From an uncultured bacterium (lineage in GTDB: Bacteria > UBP14 > UBA6098 > B30-G16): a stretch of DNA of 61,634 bases. Of this stretch, positions 48,271 to 59,007 are shown piece by piece. Below the pieces are notes generated by a model. It was given only the letters and a program-made list of their open reading frames with translations, had not been told where the DNA came from and searched no databases. The stretch spans positions 1 to 61,634 of the forward strand of contig CAZLTJ010000001.1 of NCBI GenBank assembly GCA_964562425.1, written 5' to 3'. Positions within the stretch are counted from its first letter, which is position 1; the number at the start of each line of letters is the position of its first letter. A program made the translations under genes and the position numbers.

Positions 48271-49746
48271 ATGAGTACGGAAACCAATCCACCAAATGAA
48301 CGAACCGTCCGACTTAATAAATTGCATCAATTGTCTCAAATGGGCATAGATTCATATCCTGCTCGAGCAAAATCGGATATGACTCTAAAAAGTCTTCTCG
48401 AAAAGTTTGAGGAGTTTATCAAATCTAAAAAAACTATAACGGTTTGTGGTAGAGTTATCTCAAAGAGACTTCATGGAAAGAGTGCTTTTGCTCACATTAA
48501 GGATTGTTCTGCATCCTTTCAAATATATGCTAAGCTTGACCTAATTGGTGAAGATAAGTATAACCTGTTTAAAAAAATGATTGATGTAGGAGATTTCTTA
48601 CAGATAACCGGCACGCTATTTAGAACTCGAACAGAAGAGGAAACTATTCTAATCGAAGACCTGAAATTGCTTTCAAAAGCATTATTACCACTTCCTGAAA
48701 AGTGGCATGGGTTAGTAGACGAAGATAAGCGAATCAGATATCGCTATCTCGATATGTTAATGGATTCCGAAGTGAAAGAGAGATTTATAACCCGAGCAAA
48801 AATTACATCCACTATACGCAATTATTTAGATTCACTGGGATATATGGAGGTAGAGACTCCAATATTGCAACGCCTATATGGCGGAGCTTTTGCAAAGCCA
48901 TTTGAAACGCACCACAATGCTATGGATATGAAATTATATCTCAGAATAGCCACCGAACTATATTTGAAACGAGTAATTATAGGTGGAATAGACAAAGTTT
49001 ATGAAATCGGTAAGGATTTTCGCAACGAGGGTATTGACAGGATGCATAATCCTGAGTTCACAATGATTGAGATATATCAAGCATTCGCAGATTATAACGA
49101 TATGATGGATTTGACAGAAAACCTTGTTAAATACATCGCTGAAAAAACCATTGGAACTCTAAAAATAAATTATCAGGGAACTACAACTGAACTCACAAAA
49201 CCATTTGCAAGAATTTCTTTTTGGGAAATTATTGAAAAAAGAACTGGAAGAAATTTCAGGAACGCCACAAGAAATCAACTAACAACTTATCTTACTGAGC
49301 AACATATCGAATTTGACCCAAAGGCTTCTGATTACGTACTTGTGGATGAAATATTCAAAGAGCGAGTAGAACGCACTCTTATTGAACCTACATTTATAAT
49401 AGATTATCCATTAGAATTGTCACCTTTGGCAAAGAGAAAGTCAGGAACAAAGAGTATTGTTGAGAGATTCGAGTTTTTCTGGTATGGTTTCGAGATTGCC
49501 AACGCATTCACAGAGCTTAACGATCCAATCGATCAACGTGCACGTTTTGAAGAGCAGATGAAACTTCGAGCAAAAGGCAACTTAGAGGCACAGGTTATGG
49601 ATGAGGATTTCCTCACTGCGATAGAGCATGGAATGCCACCTACAGCAGGTATGGGAATGGGCATTGACCGTATAGTTATGATATTAACTAATACCTATTC
49701 CCTTAAAGATGTAATTTTATTTCCATTACAAAAACCGCTAAAATAG
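48271..49746 (+). CDS. lysS: Lysine--tRNA ligase (class II)
   Basis: OB-fold N-terminus plus class II motifs (FRNEGID, MIEIYQAFADY, GMGMGIDR). Start set at ATG 48271, 5 nt after AGGAG. The tracked start is a GTG two codons upstream. Confidence 0.97.
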   Translation: MSTETNPPNERTVRLNKLHQLSQMGIDSYPARAKSDMTLKSLLEKFEEFIKSKKTITVCGRVISKRLHGKSAFAHIKDCSASFQIYAKLDLIGEDKYNLFKKMIDVGDFLQITGTLFRTRTEEETILIEDLKLLSKALLPLPEKWHGLVDEDKRIRYRYLDMLMDSEVKERFITRAKITSTIRNYLDSLGYMEVETPILQRLYGGAFAKPFETHHNAMDMKLYLRIATELYLKRVIIGGIDKVYEIGKDFRNEGIDRMHNPEFTMIEIYQAFADYNDMMDLTENLVKYIAEKTIGTLKINYQGTTTELTKPFARISFWEIIEKRTGRNFRNATRNQLTTYLTEQHIEFDPKASDYVLVDEIFKERVERTLIEPTFIIDYPLELSPLAKRKSGTKSIVERFEFFWYGFEIANAFTELNDPIDQRARFEEQMKLRAKGNLEAQVMDEDFLTAIEHGMPPTAGMGMGIDRIVMILTNTYSLKDVILFPLQKPLK

Positions 49747-49772
49747 ACTAAATTAGATTCCTCTAATAAAGT

Positions 49773-49800
49773 AGGGCAGGTTTATTCCTGCCCTTTTCTA
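49773..49800 (+). terminator. Rho-independent terminator of lysS
   Basis: 8-bp GC-rich stem AGGGCAGG/CCTGCCCT, loop TTTATT, followed by TTTCTATT. Confidence 0.75.
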
Positions 49801-49905
49801 TTGAATAAAGTTATGAGAAAATAAATTATAGTATTAAGTTTTGTTATCGTTAGATGTTGGCAATGTAGGTGGCTGTTCTGAATCTATATCCGGTTTCGAT
49901 TGAAT

Positions 49906-50400
49906 TTATTCTGGTGGAAACTGTTGTGTCGGTTTTATATCCGTCTCAGCTTTCTTTTTTTTAAAAATTAATGCATAAATCAAACCACCTAATCCCATTA
50001 ATATTGGAAAAGTTATCATGCTTATTCCCAGTTGAATACCGAAATTTAATAATGGTGAGCTTACTAACTCATATATCAACTCTAAAGTTTCAGGGGGTAG
50101 ATTAAACGGTCCGGTCTCAAAGCCTTTATAGATAGCATCAAGTGCAGCATCAGGTCTGATAATCATCATGAGTGTATTAAGTATAGTATAAAGTATAGAT
50201 GACCAAATACCAGCAAATAATCCAGAAAGGAAACCGCTTCCAGAAGTTATTAAACCTATATCATTCCTAACTAAATGTGCAGCAAAGAATCCCCCTGCAA
50301 GAAGCCATAAACAACAACAGGAATTGACAAAAGGTATTGCTGAAAGTAATGCTACAATACTACCAGCTATCAAAGCAGAAGATATATATTGCTTACTCAC
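49906..50400 (-). CDS. Small integral membrane protein (about 4 TM helices, hypothetical)
   Basis: Hydrophobic helices throughout and a CCC motif (NSCCCLW). GTG start 5 nt after an AAGGAG that lies in the last codons of the GH57 gene, which suggests translational coupling. Confidence 0.6.
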   Translation of the reverse strand: MSKQYISSALIAGSIVALLSAIPFVNSCCCLWLLAGGFFAAHLVRNDIGLITSGSGFLSGLFAGIWSSILYTILNTLMMIIRPDAALDAIYKGFETGPFNLPPETLELIYELVSSPLLNFGIQLGISMITFPILMGLGGLIYALIFKKKKAETDIKPTQQFPPE

Positions 50401-50402
50401 AA

Positions 50403-52130
50403 TTACTCCTTTTCTTCAAAGTTTAAATTGCTATCAGCCCAAAGAGTAGGATCTAATTCAGGAAAGATATCATCCTGAAGTTCAATAAGTTCGAATTCTC
50501 GCCACATCCCGCTGGAAGGTTGCCCACCACTCATAAGAATATCTGCGATTTTTTTTATTTCGTTAAATTTTTCCCAATGGAACGAAACCCTATTTTCAGC
50601 ATAATCCCTTGCAGACCAGGTGCTTATTAAGAATTGCCAATCTGAGGATTCTAGCAGTAAAAGCTCTCTCCCAAGTTGTGAAAGAACCCTATGAAGCCCG
50701 TCATCATTCCTTCTATCTTCAAACTTATTCGCAAATTCAACCATGATCTTTTCGGCTTCATATATTTTTTCCCATGTCCATTCAGTCCAGCTATTAAGCC
50801 ATATGTAATGAAAACCACCCTGACCCCACGAACCCTCAGGAAGTTCAACAACTTCACCTGGCGGAAATTTCTCCAGGAATTCCCATCCACAAGACATTTC
50901 AAGAGTTTCGTTTTTAGCTATATTTTGGGCAACCTCAAGAAGCCATCTAGGACCCTCAAACCACCAATGCCCGAATAGTTCTGTATCGAAAGGTGCAGTG
51001 ATTATAGGAGGTTGATTAAGATTAGCAGCGTTTTCTCTGATTATCTCGGAACACAACTGTACAAAATGATATCCTTGTTCTGCAATAACATTAGGGATCC
51101 ATTCCGGTCTATAAATATTTTTATCTGCAAGGTCAGCATTAGCATCCGTAACTCGCCAGTATCTGTGTCCACCCGGGAAATGCTTTTTATGGAAATCCAA
51201 ATAAGCTGGATTTCCAGGATAACCCCATTCACCACTCCAAACCTGCAAACCAGATTTTGGGTCGCGAACAAAGAAAGGAGTTGCATATTTACCATTAGTA
51301 GAACTACAAAGGTAAGGCTTATATGGCGATCGAGGCACTTCCTCGCGGGGAACATATTGGGATTCAAATTGCGACCACAATTTTTTCAAAGCTTCAAATC
51401 TATCTATATATACACCAGTTGCCTTTCCCCCTTTCAGCAAATGCGAATCTACAACGAAAAATCGAATATCTAAGTTATAAAGAAACTGTTCTATACCTTT
51501 TCTTAGTCGTGGTGTCTTGTCGTTCCCCACAGGAGGTATCCATTCATATCCAGGTCTATATGCAGCTTCCGGAAGCCATATGCCCTTTGGATCCACGCCG
51601 AAATGCCTTTTATGCACTTTCTTCGCAACCGCAATCTGTGCATAAATGGAATTATCTGTTCCTAAAAGTGGCAGGTAACCGTGTGTCGCAGCACAGGTTA
51701 TTATCTCAATAAACTCCGAATCCTGCCACCGTCGGAATTCAGAAACTATATCTCCCTGAATTGATTCAAAGAATCTTAGCACATCTGTATAAAATTTTTC
51801 CCACATATTGGCAAGATTAAGTCTCTGAATATCGCTAATCTCATTGAAATATTTCTTATCATTTTCTGCAGAAGAAATCTTCATTTTCAGATACTCAGAA
51901 AATTGCTCAGAGAAGGAAGGATGGGATAGTTGTTCTAGTAAAACTGGGGATATTCCAATTGTGAATTTTAATGGTGTGCCTAACTGTTTAGATTTATGAA
52001 GATTTTGCAATAAGGGTATGTATGTTTCTGCCGAGGCTTCGAAAATCCAGTCTGCACCATGAGGCCATCGACCATGGGAAAGAACAAATGGAAGATGAGA
52101 ATGCAACACGAACTGTAAGAAACCTGTCAT
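50403..52130 (-). CDS. Glycoside hydrolase family 57 protein (alpha-1,4-glucan branching enzyme-like, with DUF1957 C-terminus)
   Basis: FVLHSHLPFVLSHGRWPHGADWIFEASAETYIPLL and TGISPVLLEQL are the GH57 N-terminal catalytic region. 575 aa. Confidence 0.9.
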   Translation of the reverse strand: MTGFLQFVLHSHLPFVLSHGRWPHGADWIFEASAETYIPLLQNLHKSKQLGTPLKFTIGISPVLLEQLSHPSFSEQFSEYLKMKISSAENDKKYFNEISDIQRLNLANMWEKFYTDVLRFFESIQGDIVSEFRRWQDSEFIEIITCAATHGYLPLLGTDNSIYAQIAVAKKVHKRHFGVDPKGIWLPEAAYRPGYEWIPPVGNDKTPRLRKGIEQFLYNLDIRFFVVDSHLLKGGKATGVYIDRFEALKKLWSQFESQYVPREEVPRSPYKPYLCSSTNGKYATPFFVRDPKSGLQVWSGEWGYPGNPAYLDFHKKHFPGGHRYWRVTDANADLADKNIYRPEWIPNVIAEQGYHFVQLCSEIIRENAANLNQPPIITAPFDTELFGHWWFEGPRWLLEVAQNIAKNETLEMSCGWEFLEKFPPGEVVELPEGSWGQGGFHYIWLNSWTEWTWEKIYEAEKIMVEFANKFEDRRNDDGLHRVLSQLGRELLLLESSDWQFLISTWSARDYAENRVSFHWEKFNEIKKIADILMSGGQPSSGMWREFELIELQDDIFPELDPTLWADSNLNFEEKE

Positions 52131-52261
52131 ATTATTTAACTCCGTTATTTATGCTTCCAAAACCGATTAGTATAACCAATTTCGAAATAATTTCTGTTTG
52201 AAAATTGTAACTTAATTTATAATAACTATATCTCAATTGTAATTCCAATAAACAAAAAATC

Positions 52262-52939
52262 TTAGCTTCCAAAAATTGCAGTTCCTATTCGCAAAATAGT
52301 AGCCTCATATTCGATTGCAATAGACCAATCCTGCGACATACCCATGGACAATTCAGGTAACTCAATTCCATGCAAACTTAAATCATTGCGCAATACCCTA
52401 AGTGCTCCAAAGCTCTTTTCAATAGGTTTACATTGGTGAGTTAACGGAGCCACAGTCATCAAACCCTTCAAATTTAGATTTTCGTAGTTGTCAATTATTT
52501 TACGTACAAATTCAATACAATTACTGAGAGGAATTCCCTGCTTACTGCTTTCATTGCTTGTTTTAACTTCGATAAGAATGTCTTGAGTGATTGATTTAAT
52601 CTTAGCACGAGAATTGAGAGCATTTGCAATTTCCAATGAATCAATGGTATGAATTAAAACGAACCTGTCAAGAATTTTGTTAATCTTATTTTTCTGCAAT
52701 CGACCAATAAAATGCCATCTAATGTCATCTGGCAGTTGTTCTATTTTAGGTAGCACCGATTGGACATAGTTTTCTCCGAAATCTCTCTGTCCTGAATTGT
52801 AAGCTTCTCTGATATCGATTACATTTGCATGTTTAGTCACGGCAACCAGCATTATATCATCGACATTTCTGCCTAACCTCAAGGCTGTTTCCGAGATTTT
52901 TTCCCTAAGAGTATCGATTTTATATGAAATTGTATTCAT
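52262..52939 (-). CDS. yggS: YggS-family pyridoxal-phosphate homeostasis protein
   Basis: LVAVTKH (PLP Lys), FGENYVQ, WHFIGRLQKNK and the MGMS..W...IE region. 225 aa. Confidence 0.92.
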   Translation of the reverse strand: MNTISYKIDTLREKISETALRLGRNVDDIMLVAVTKHANVIDIREAYNSGQRDFGENYVQSVLPKIEQLPDDIRWHFIGRLQKNKINKILDRFVLIHTIDSLEIANALNSRAKIKSITQDILIEVKTSNESSKQGIPLSNCIEFVRKIIDNYENLNLKGLMTVAPLTHQCKPIEKSFGALRVLRNDLSLHGIELPELSMGMSQDWSIAIEYEATILRIGTAIFGS

Positions 52940-52944
52940 ATTAA

Positions 52945-55896
52945 CTATTTAATATCTCCGTCAATGAGTTCTTTAACCTGACCTAAACGATCATATAATT
53001 CTTCTGACATTTCTGCTTTCTCTAGATTTCTTATAATATCGTTCGCTGCATATTTCAATTCTTGACGATTTAAGAGAGGATATAGTGATAAAAGCAAAAG
53101 CAAATTCTCCGGTTTGGACCGCCATTGAGGTTCCGAAATTAACTCTAAGCCAAATTTGAAAAGGCCTTCTGCAATTCTAATACACCTTTTCCTCTCGTCA
53201 CCTAATAATAAGCATCCATCGAGTATAATCTTGACAGTATCATCGAATTCTTTTGCAACAACAGTGTATTCCTTTAAACTTTTTAATGCTTCAAGAAGAA
53301 GTGTATAGAGTTCTGCAGTGTGTATATACAATTCTGGTGAACTAGTTAAATTAATCAAAAGACGTCTGATTTCTATTCCTCTTTTTGCATGCTCGACTGC
53401 CAATTGATATTTTCTTTGATGCAATTCTATTCGAGTCATTTCATGATATGCGTCAGCACAAAGAGCATATATCTCTAAAAAATTCGGATTGCTGGGATTA
53501 TTTTCTATGATATTTTCGCAGAGCTTAGTACCCTCATCAAGCCACACAATCGAGTTGTCAAATTTCTCTAATCTAGCCAAAGATAATCCACCAATTATTC
53601 TAGCTTTTGCTAAATATTCAGGTTTTATTTCAGCAAGATTCCAGAGGTCAATTATTTCTACTACTTCTGTAGCGAGTTCAAGGGAATCCTTTGGGTTTCC
53701 GAGTCCACTGCATATCTCAGATTTGATTAATTTTTGTTTAAGAGAGAGTTTTCGCCATAATTTAGCCCTCCAGTGAAACATTTCCCCTAATTCTGGAAGA
53801 AGTTTTTCAAATCTTGTGGTATATTTTTGTGAAGCCTCGTATTCATCGAAATTAAGCAATAGTTTAGAATTATATAGCAAGAAATTGGCTAGGGTAATAC
53901 CAATTGTATCCACACCTGGAATTCTCCAGTTATTTTCACATATATCTTGAACTCTTTTAAGCCAATTCAAAACCTCAATTTTTGAATATATCCACAATCG
54001 TTGTTGCATAATGAAAGAGAAAATCTCAAATATTCGATTTATAATTGGAATTACTCTATATTCCGCACCACTAAGTAAACCCAATGCTAATTCTATCGCA
54101 TTTCTGGCATAATTCCAGGCTTTGTTATACTGCTCCATTCGGCAATAAATTGTACTCAAGTCTTTTAGAATTCGGATTTTTAGAAGAAGTGCTTCATCAG
54201 CCAAAGCGGTTGACATCCCAAATGTAGAGATTGTAGCCTCAACAGCTCTGCTAAGAGTAACCTCAGATTGGGTTAGATCACCCAAATTAGCTTGAGCCAT
54301 TCCTAAAATTCTGTTAGCTTCGGCTCTTAATAATACTGCTGCTGGATTTCTTCCTCCGCTATCTAAAACCATAGAGGAAAAAACGCGAAGAACATGCTCA
54401 GCAATTATTCTTGCAGATTGATTTCTTCCCGCATCAAGAAAGCACTTTGCTGAAATTAACAGATCGATAGTCTCATCATCATGTTGTCTCCAAAGTAATC
54501 TCATTCTTGCAAATTTTAGTAATTTCTCTCGATTAAATGTGGGTCTCATTATATCAAGAAGAATGTATCGATTATACAATTTGAATTCCTTATGATTGCT
54601 ATTATCTGAAACTTCATCAGCTGCATAAATTCCGTCAATAGCACTGCCCAAGTCCCATCTGGAAACGGCGTTCCGAAGATACCAGTACAACATAGGCATT
54701 CCGGAATTAAAATCTGTATTTGCATAAATTGTCAATCGATTCAACTCATCTCCATATGTCTCCTTATATCTGGGAATTCTGTTTAATATTGATAGAATCC
54801 AATTTTTTGCTCTAGGACGAATTACAAACCTCCAGGGAGTCCTGTCACGCTTTTCAATTAAATCCACAAGAGCTGGTTCACTCATAAAGAATTTAATACC
54901 CTCAGTACCACCAACAAGTTGCCGAATCACATCAAAAGACGGTCTATGTGTGGCAATTAAGGCTTCAAGAACCTTTAGAAGAGATTCATCTTTTTCAATA
55001 ATTTTTTTATATTTTATCACTCCTATAGGATAATCGATGGAAGTATAACATTGCTTGTGTTCTATTTTGTGTTGAGAAATCCGTTTTCCGATCCCAAGTG
55101 AATAAAGATAAGCTCTCCTTTCAAGAAGTGATAATGGTTCTAACGGAATTATCTCAAGGGGAATACCACCAGTAGGATAAGAATTCTTCATTGCAGTAAT
55201 AAATAAGGTTAAACTACTGTATGCCTTAACACTTAGAATATTGAAATATGTTGCTGGATTAAGATCTATATCATCCACCATAAGAACTAATCCTCGCATA
55301 CCGATATTCCTGAGAGCTTGATCAATATCTACACCGAATACTTCCCAAAGGTTCCATGCAAGCTCTTGGGGTGATTTTGCGAGGAACTTACTGCCCCAAT
55401 CACTACCCCAGATTTTTCTGAAAACATCAACACCATGCTCAACCAGAATTCTTCGCAATTCATACTCGCCCTTGGGCTTTTCTAAACAATGTAAATACTT
55501 TACACTTGACGAATATGTAGTATATCTTTCAAATTTTTCACCTCTTAGATGAGCAATTCTCCCTAATACAAATTCCGTAAGAGGAAGAATAGCTCTCCAT
55601 CTGTTTATCAGACGTGAGTAGAGAGCATCAATTGCTTTATCCCATTGAGACATGGCGGGATTACTCATTCTAAGAATAATTACAGGAACATCAACTCTGT
55701 CACGCCAGCGATAATTCAAATATTGTAAGAACCAACTTTTCCCGACGCCTTCTTCTCCAATAACTTGAATGATAGGAAGAGTTACGCCACGATGAGTGCT
55801 ATCCAAAATTTTCTCAACAATCTCAGCCTGCTCTCTGCGACCAACAAAGCGCGAAACCCATCCTGGATCGGGATATGCAATTTCTGGAAAAGCCAT
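52945..55896 (-). CDS. STAND/AAA_16-like P-loop NTPase with long C-terminal TPR-like helical repeat region
   Basis: FVGRREQAEIV followed by Walker A GEEGVGKS (nt 55735-55758) and the Walker B-like LVLMVDDID. The C-terminal ~500 aa are helical repeats (e.g. AEANRILGMAQANLGDLTQSEVTLSRAVEA). No recognisable output domain by eye. Confidence 0.65.
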   Translation of the reverse strand: MAFPEIAYPDPGWVSRFVGRREQAEIVEKILDSTHRGVTLPIIQVIGEEGVGKSWFLQYLNYRWRDRVDVPVIILRMSNPAMSQWDKAIDALYSRLINRWRAILPLTEFVLGRIAHLRGEKFERYTTYSSSVKYLHCLEKPKGEYELRRILVEHGVDVFRKIWGSDWGSKFLAKSPQELAWNLWEVFGVDIDQALRNIGMRGLVLMVDDIDLNPATYFNILSVKAYSSLTLFITAMKNSYPTGGIPLEIIPLEPLSLLERRAYLYSLGIGKRISQHKIEHKQCYTSIDYPIGVIKYKKIIEKDESLLKVLEALIATHRPSFDVIRQLVGGTEGIKFFMSEPALVDLIEKRDRTPWRFVIRPRAKNWILSILNRIPRYKETYGDELNRLTIYANTDFNSGMPMLYWYLRNAVSRWDLGSAIDGIYAADEVSDNSNHKEFKLYNRYILLDIMRPTFNREKLLKFARMRLLWRQHDDETIDLLISAKCFLDAGRNQSARIIAEHVLRVFSSMVLDSGGRNPAAVLLRAEANRILGMAQANLGDLTQSEVTLSRAVEATISTFGMSTALADEALLLKIRILKDLSTIYCRMEQYNKAWNYARNAIELALGLLSGAEYRVIPIINRIFEIFSFIMQQRLWIYSKIEVLNWLKRVQDICENNWRIPGVDTIGITLANFLLYNSKLLLNFDEYEASQKYTTRFEKLLPELGEMFHWRAKLWRKLSLKQKLIKSEICSGLGNPKDSLELATEVVEIIDLWNLAEIKPEYLAKARIIGGLSLARLEKFDNSIVWLDEGTKLCENIIENNPSNPNFLEIYALCADAYHEMTRIELHQRKYQLAVEHAKRGIEIRRLLINLTSSPELYIHTAELYTLLLEALKSLKEYTVVAKEFDDTVKIILDGCLLLGDERKRCIRIAEGLFKFGLELISEPQWRSKPENLLLLLSLYPLLNRQELKYAANDIIRNLEKAEMSEELYDRLGQVKELIDGDIK

Positions 55897-56071
55897 TGAT
55901 TTTACCTTTCATTGTGGACTTGCATCAAAGTATAATCACTTACAATTTCACCTCACATTTTATAATTTATGTGGGTAAAGTCTAAATTCAATAAGTTAAT
56001 ATACAACTTACAGTTTTTATCAAACATCAATAACAATGAAATACGATTGGATGTATATCAAATCAAGAAAT

Positions 56072-57436
56072 TCATTGTTCCCCAGAAAATCTGAGTTTGT
56101 TAAATACAAAACCAGATAAAAGCTTTGGATAGAAATCTGTGGATTTCTGTGGCATTCTTTCTCCGATGTCGGCAATTTTTTTTACTTCTTCAATTTTTGT
56201 GGGGTTCATGAAGAAAATTCCAATCACAGATTCATCGTTCTTAAGGTAATTGAAACCTTCTTCCTTATACCGAATGTAATATAAATTACGCTTTTCTTCC
56301 AGAGCCTTTGCATCGATTCCCAAGATATCTTCAAGTAAAAGTTTATGAAGAATAGAGGCATCGAGTCGCTTCCATTGTGCGGAAATATCTTCGGTTATGG
56401 CATTATCCATTATGGATTCATCTATTAGTGATAGAATATAGATAGAATTTCCCTTTTTAGGCATAAATACAAAAGCATGCTTTCCTTGTTGACTCATTTC
56501 CTTCATCTTAAGCATAGTGCTTTTAAATATTTCTTCTTTTTCAACTTCACTACTCCATTCAAACTCAGCAATTTCAAAGCATTTTGAAGCTTTTTGAAGG
56601 AAAGAATTAAGATTAAAGTTCTCTATACTATGTACAACACGGTGAGTAGGAAATATAACTAAACCAGGATTTTCCATAGAAACAAGTGTTATCATTCGGT
56701 TACGGAATGTCTCCATAGCACCCGACTCTGGTACGAGCCCCTTATTTACGCATTCTTGCCAATAATTAACTGCAGTTTCGTATCTATGATGTCCATCGGC
56801 AATAAAAAGCTCTTTACTATTCATAATCGCTTGAACCTTTGAAATTGTATCTATATTCGTTACAATCCAAAGATTATGATAATTACCATGATAATCCACG
56901 GCAGTATAATCAGGGTCTTTACTTTCTATTTCATTATTCAAAATCCTATCAATCTCTCTTCTTTCATCGACATATAGCATAAAAATATTACCTAACTGTG
57001 CTCTGGTATGTCGGGTGGCGTTTAATCTATCTGCTTTGGGACCTGCCATAGTTTTTTCATGAGCTTTTACACCCTTACCGGGTGGCTCAAGTTCCCCAAG
57101 AGCCACAAATCCTTGTCGAACAATGCGTTTTCCCTCAATTTCAAAAGCCTGATGATACACATAAATTGCGGGTTTCTCTTCTATATCAAAAATAGATTCG
57201 CTGAGCCAACAATTCATATATGCTAATGCTCTTGTATATTGATTGTAGTATTCATCATCAGAAGGATATCTTTTCCCTAAGAGTATTCTAACGAAATTAT
57301 TAGGATTTTTAGTATAATATTCATCTTGCATTTTTGGTTCAATCTTATCATAAGGTTGCGTAACAAGACCTGATAAATCTTTTCCAAACTTTTCTTTGGA
57401 ATATGTAACTCCTCTAAATGGATGAATCTTAGCCAC
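56072..57436 (-). CDS. DUF1015 domain-containing protein
   Basis: MAKIHPFRGVTYS start and the internal FIADGHHRYETA motif are DUF1015 hallmarks. GTG start with AAGGAG SD. Confidence 0.85.
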   Translation of the reverse strand: MAKIHPFRGVTYSKEKFGKDLSGLVTQPYDKIEPKMQDEYYTKNPNNFVRILLGKRYPSDDEYYNQYTRALAYMNCWLSESIFDIEEKPAIYVYHQAFEIEGKRIVRQGFVALGELEPPGKGVKAHEKTMAGPKADRLNATRHTRAQLGNIFMLYVDERREIDRILNNEIESKDPDYTAVDYHGNYHNLWIVTNIDTISKVQAIMNSKELFIADGHHRYETAVNYWQECVNKGLVPESGAMETFRNRMITLVSMENPGLVIFPTHRVVHSIENFNLNSFLQKASKCFEIAEFEWSSEVEKEEIFKSTMLKMKEMSQQGKHAFVFMPKKGNSIYILSLIDESIMDNAITEDISAQWKRLDASILHKLLLEDILGIDAKALEEKRNLYYIRYKEEGFNYLKNDESVIGIFFMNPTKIEEVKKIADIGERMPQKSTDFYPKLLSGFVFNKLRFSGEQ

Positions 57437-57500
57437 GATATCTCCTTTCTTTACATTTCAAAAAAATAAGATTGCTTTTTAATATATTCACACAAATTGC

Positions 57501-57950
57501 TCAATCCAATCGAATATTTACTCCTCTGTGATATGGCAAACCATTAATAATCGACAAACCTCTGAAAATTTGCTCAATCAAAACAAGCAAAGCAATATCA
57601 TGTTGAATTGTAATTTTACCAAAGGAAATCTTATCGTCGCAACTATTAATTATCTTTTCGGGCAATCCATTCGCATCACCTATCACAAAAACTGCATCTT
57701 TTGAGTCGAGCATTATTCTTTCCAGAAGTTTTGCCCATTGTATTGAACCTAATATTCTACCTTTTCGTGTAAGCACAATTGACTTATCAGATCTCTTATT
57801 TATAAGTCGGTCAAAGGCTTTCTTGTCATTTATGTTCTTTACTTGCATTAATTCAATCTGAGCTAAGGAAATAATTCGATTTTTCCAATGTTCAACTGCA
57901 GATTGTATCCACAACGCTGGTTTTCCAATTAAAATGATTTTAATTTTCAT
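57501..57950 (-). CDS. rlmH: 23S rRNA (pseudouridine1915-N3)-methyltransferase RlmH
   Basis: SPOUT fold pattern: MKIKIILIGK start, FVIGDANGL, and the C-terminal GLPYHRG. ATGA overlap with the mnmA stop. Confidence 0.9.
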   Translation of the reverse strand: MKIKIILIGKPALWIQSAVEHWKNRIISLAQIELMQVKNINDKKAFDRLINKRSDKSIVLTRKGRILGSIQWAKLLERIMLDSKDAVFVIGDANGLPEKIINSCDDKISFGKITIQHDIALLVLIEQIFRGLSIINGLPYHRGVNIRLD

Positions 57951-59005
57951 TCTAAAACCTGCTTAATAATACCACCACCGATAACTCTATTATTATCGTA
58001 AAATACAGCTGATTGTCCAGGTGCTATAGCTTCTTGAGCCTTTTGAAATTCTACTATAGCGATTTCGGGATTAATTGTGATTTTTGCACATGCTCCCGGA
58101 TGTCGATACCTGACTTTTACGGTTGTAAAGAATTCGCTTTCTATTTTATTCATTGCAATATTTTCTACAATAAATTTCTTAGAAAAAAGTTCGGATTTAG
58201 TACCTATTATAATGGAATTCTCAGTTGCATTGATTTCCAGAACATACATAGGTTGTTTGTAACCACCTCCTAATCCCTCTCTCTGCCCTATGGTATAAAA
58301 GGCAATACCTTTATGCATATTTAGCAAATTACCTGATGAATCATATAATTTTCCTGGAAGTATGGATGATGGAGCATATTTGCTCATGAAAACCTGAAAA
58401 TCTTTTGAGTTAATAAAACAGATCTCTCTACTTTCTAGTGCAGAATTAATTGGAAGCGAATGTTCCTGGGCAAGTTTATATACTTCATCTTTTGTTAAAT
58501 TTCCGAGAGGAAAAATTGTCCTTTTAAGTACATCCTGAGTTAAACGATATAGGAAATAACTTTGATCTCTCGATGTATCAACTCCTTTGCATAAAAAATA
58601 ATTATCATTGAAATTTTCAATTCCAGCATAATGTCCTGTTATAACATGATTAATATTCATTTTATCGGCTATTTTAATAAGAAATTTCCATTTGATTTTT
58701 GGATTGCAAAGAATACATGGATTCGGTGTCCGTCCATGAGCATATTCGTCGTAGAAATCGTTAACTACATCTTTCTTAAATACTTCCGAAACATCCACAT
58801 CGATATGTTGAATTCCTAATTTGTTACAAATCTTTTTAGCGTCTTGAACTGCATTATCCATAAATGGAGGATTTTCATTATACTGCCATAGCCGATAAGT
58901 AATCCCAATAACATAAAAGCCTTTATTAAGCATCATTAACGCTGCTACAGAACTATCAACCCCACCTGACATTGCTACAAGGCAAGTTCTATTAAAAGTA
59001 TTCAT
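57947..59005 (-). CDS. mnmA: tRNA-specific 2-thiouridylase MnmA
   Basis: PP-loop VAMSGGVDSSVAA, GRTPNPCILCN, DQSYFL and the C-terminal GQSAVFYD. Confidence 0.95.
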   Translation of the reverse strand: MNTFNRTCLVAMSGGVDSSVAALMMLNKGFYVIGITYRLWQYNENPPFMDNAVQDAKKICNKLGIQHIDVDVSEVFKKDVVNDFYDEYAHGRTPNPCILCNPKIKWKFLIKIADKMNINHVITGHYAGIENFNDNYFLCKGVDTSRDQSYFLYRLTQDVLKRTIFPLGNLTKDEVYKLAQEHSLPINSALESREICFINSKDFQVFMSKYAPSSILPGKLYDSSGNLLNMHKGIAFYTIGQREGLGGGYKQPMYVLEINATENSIIIGTKSELFSKKFIVENIAMNKIESEFFTTVKVRYRHPGACAKITINPEIAIVEFQKAQEAIAPGQSAVFYDNNRVIGGGIIKQVLE

Positions 59006-59007
59006 AG

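Noticed and set aside
52945-55896. Labelling the STAND NTPase as an Avs-type antiphage defence gene
   Set aside because: There is no effector domain, no neighbouring defence or mobile genes, and the gene is embedded in housekeeping genes. It is kept as a finding but not called a defence system.
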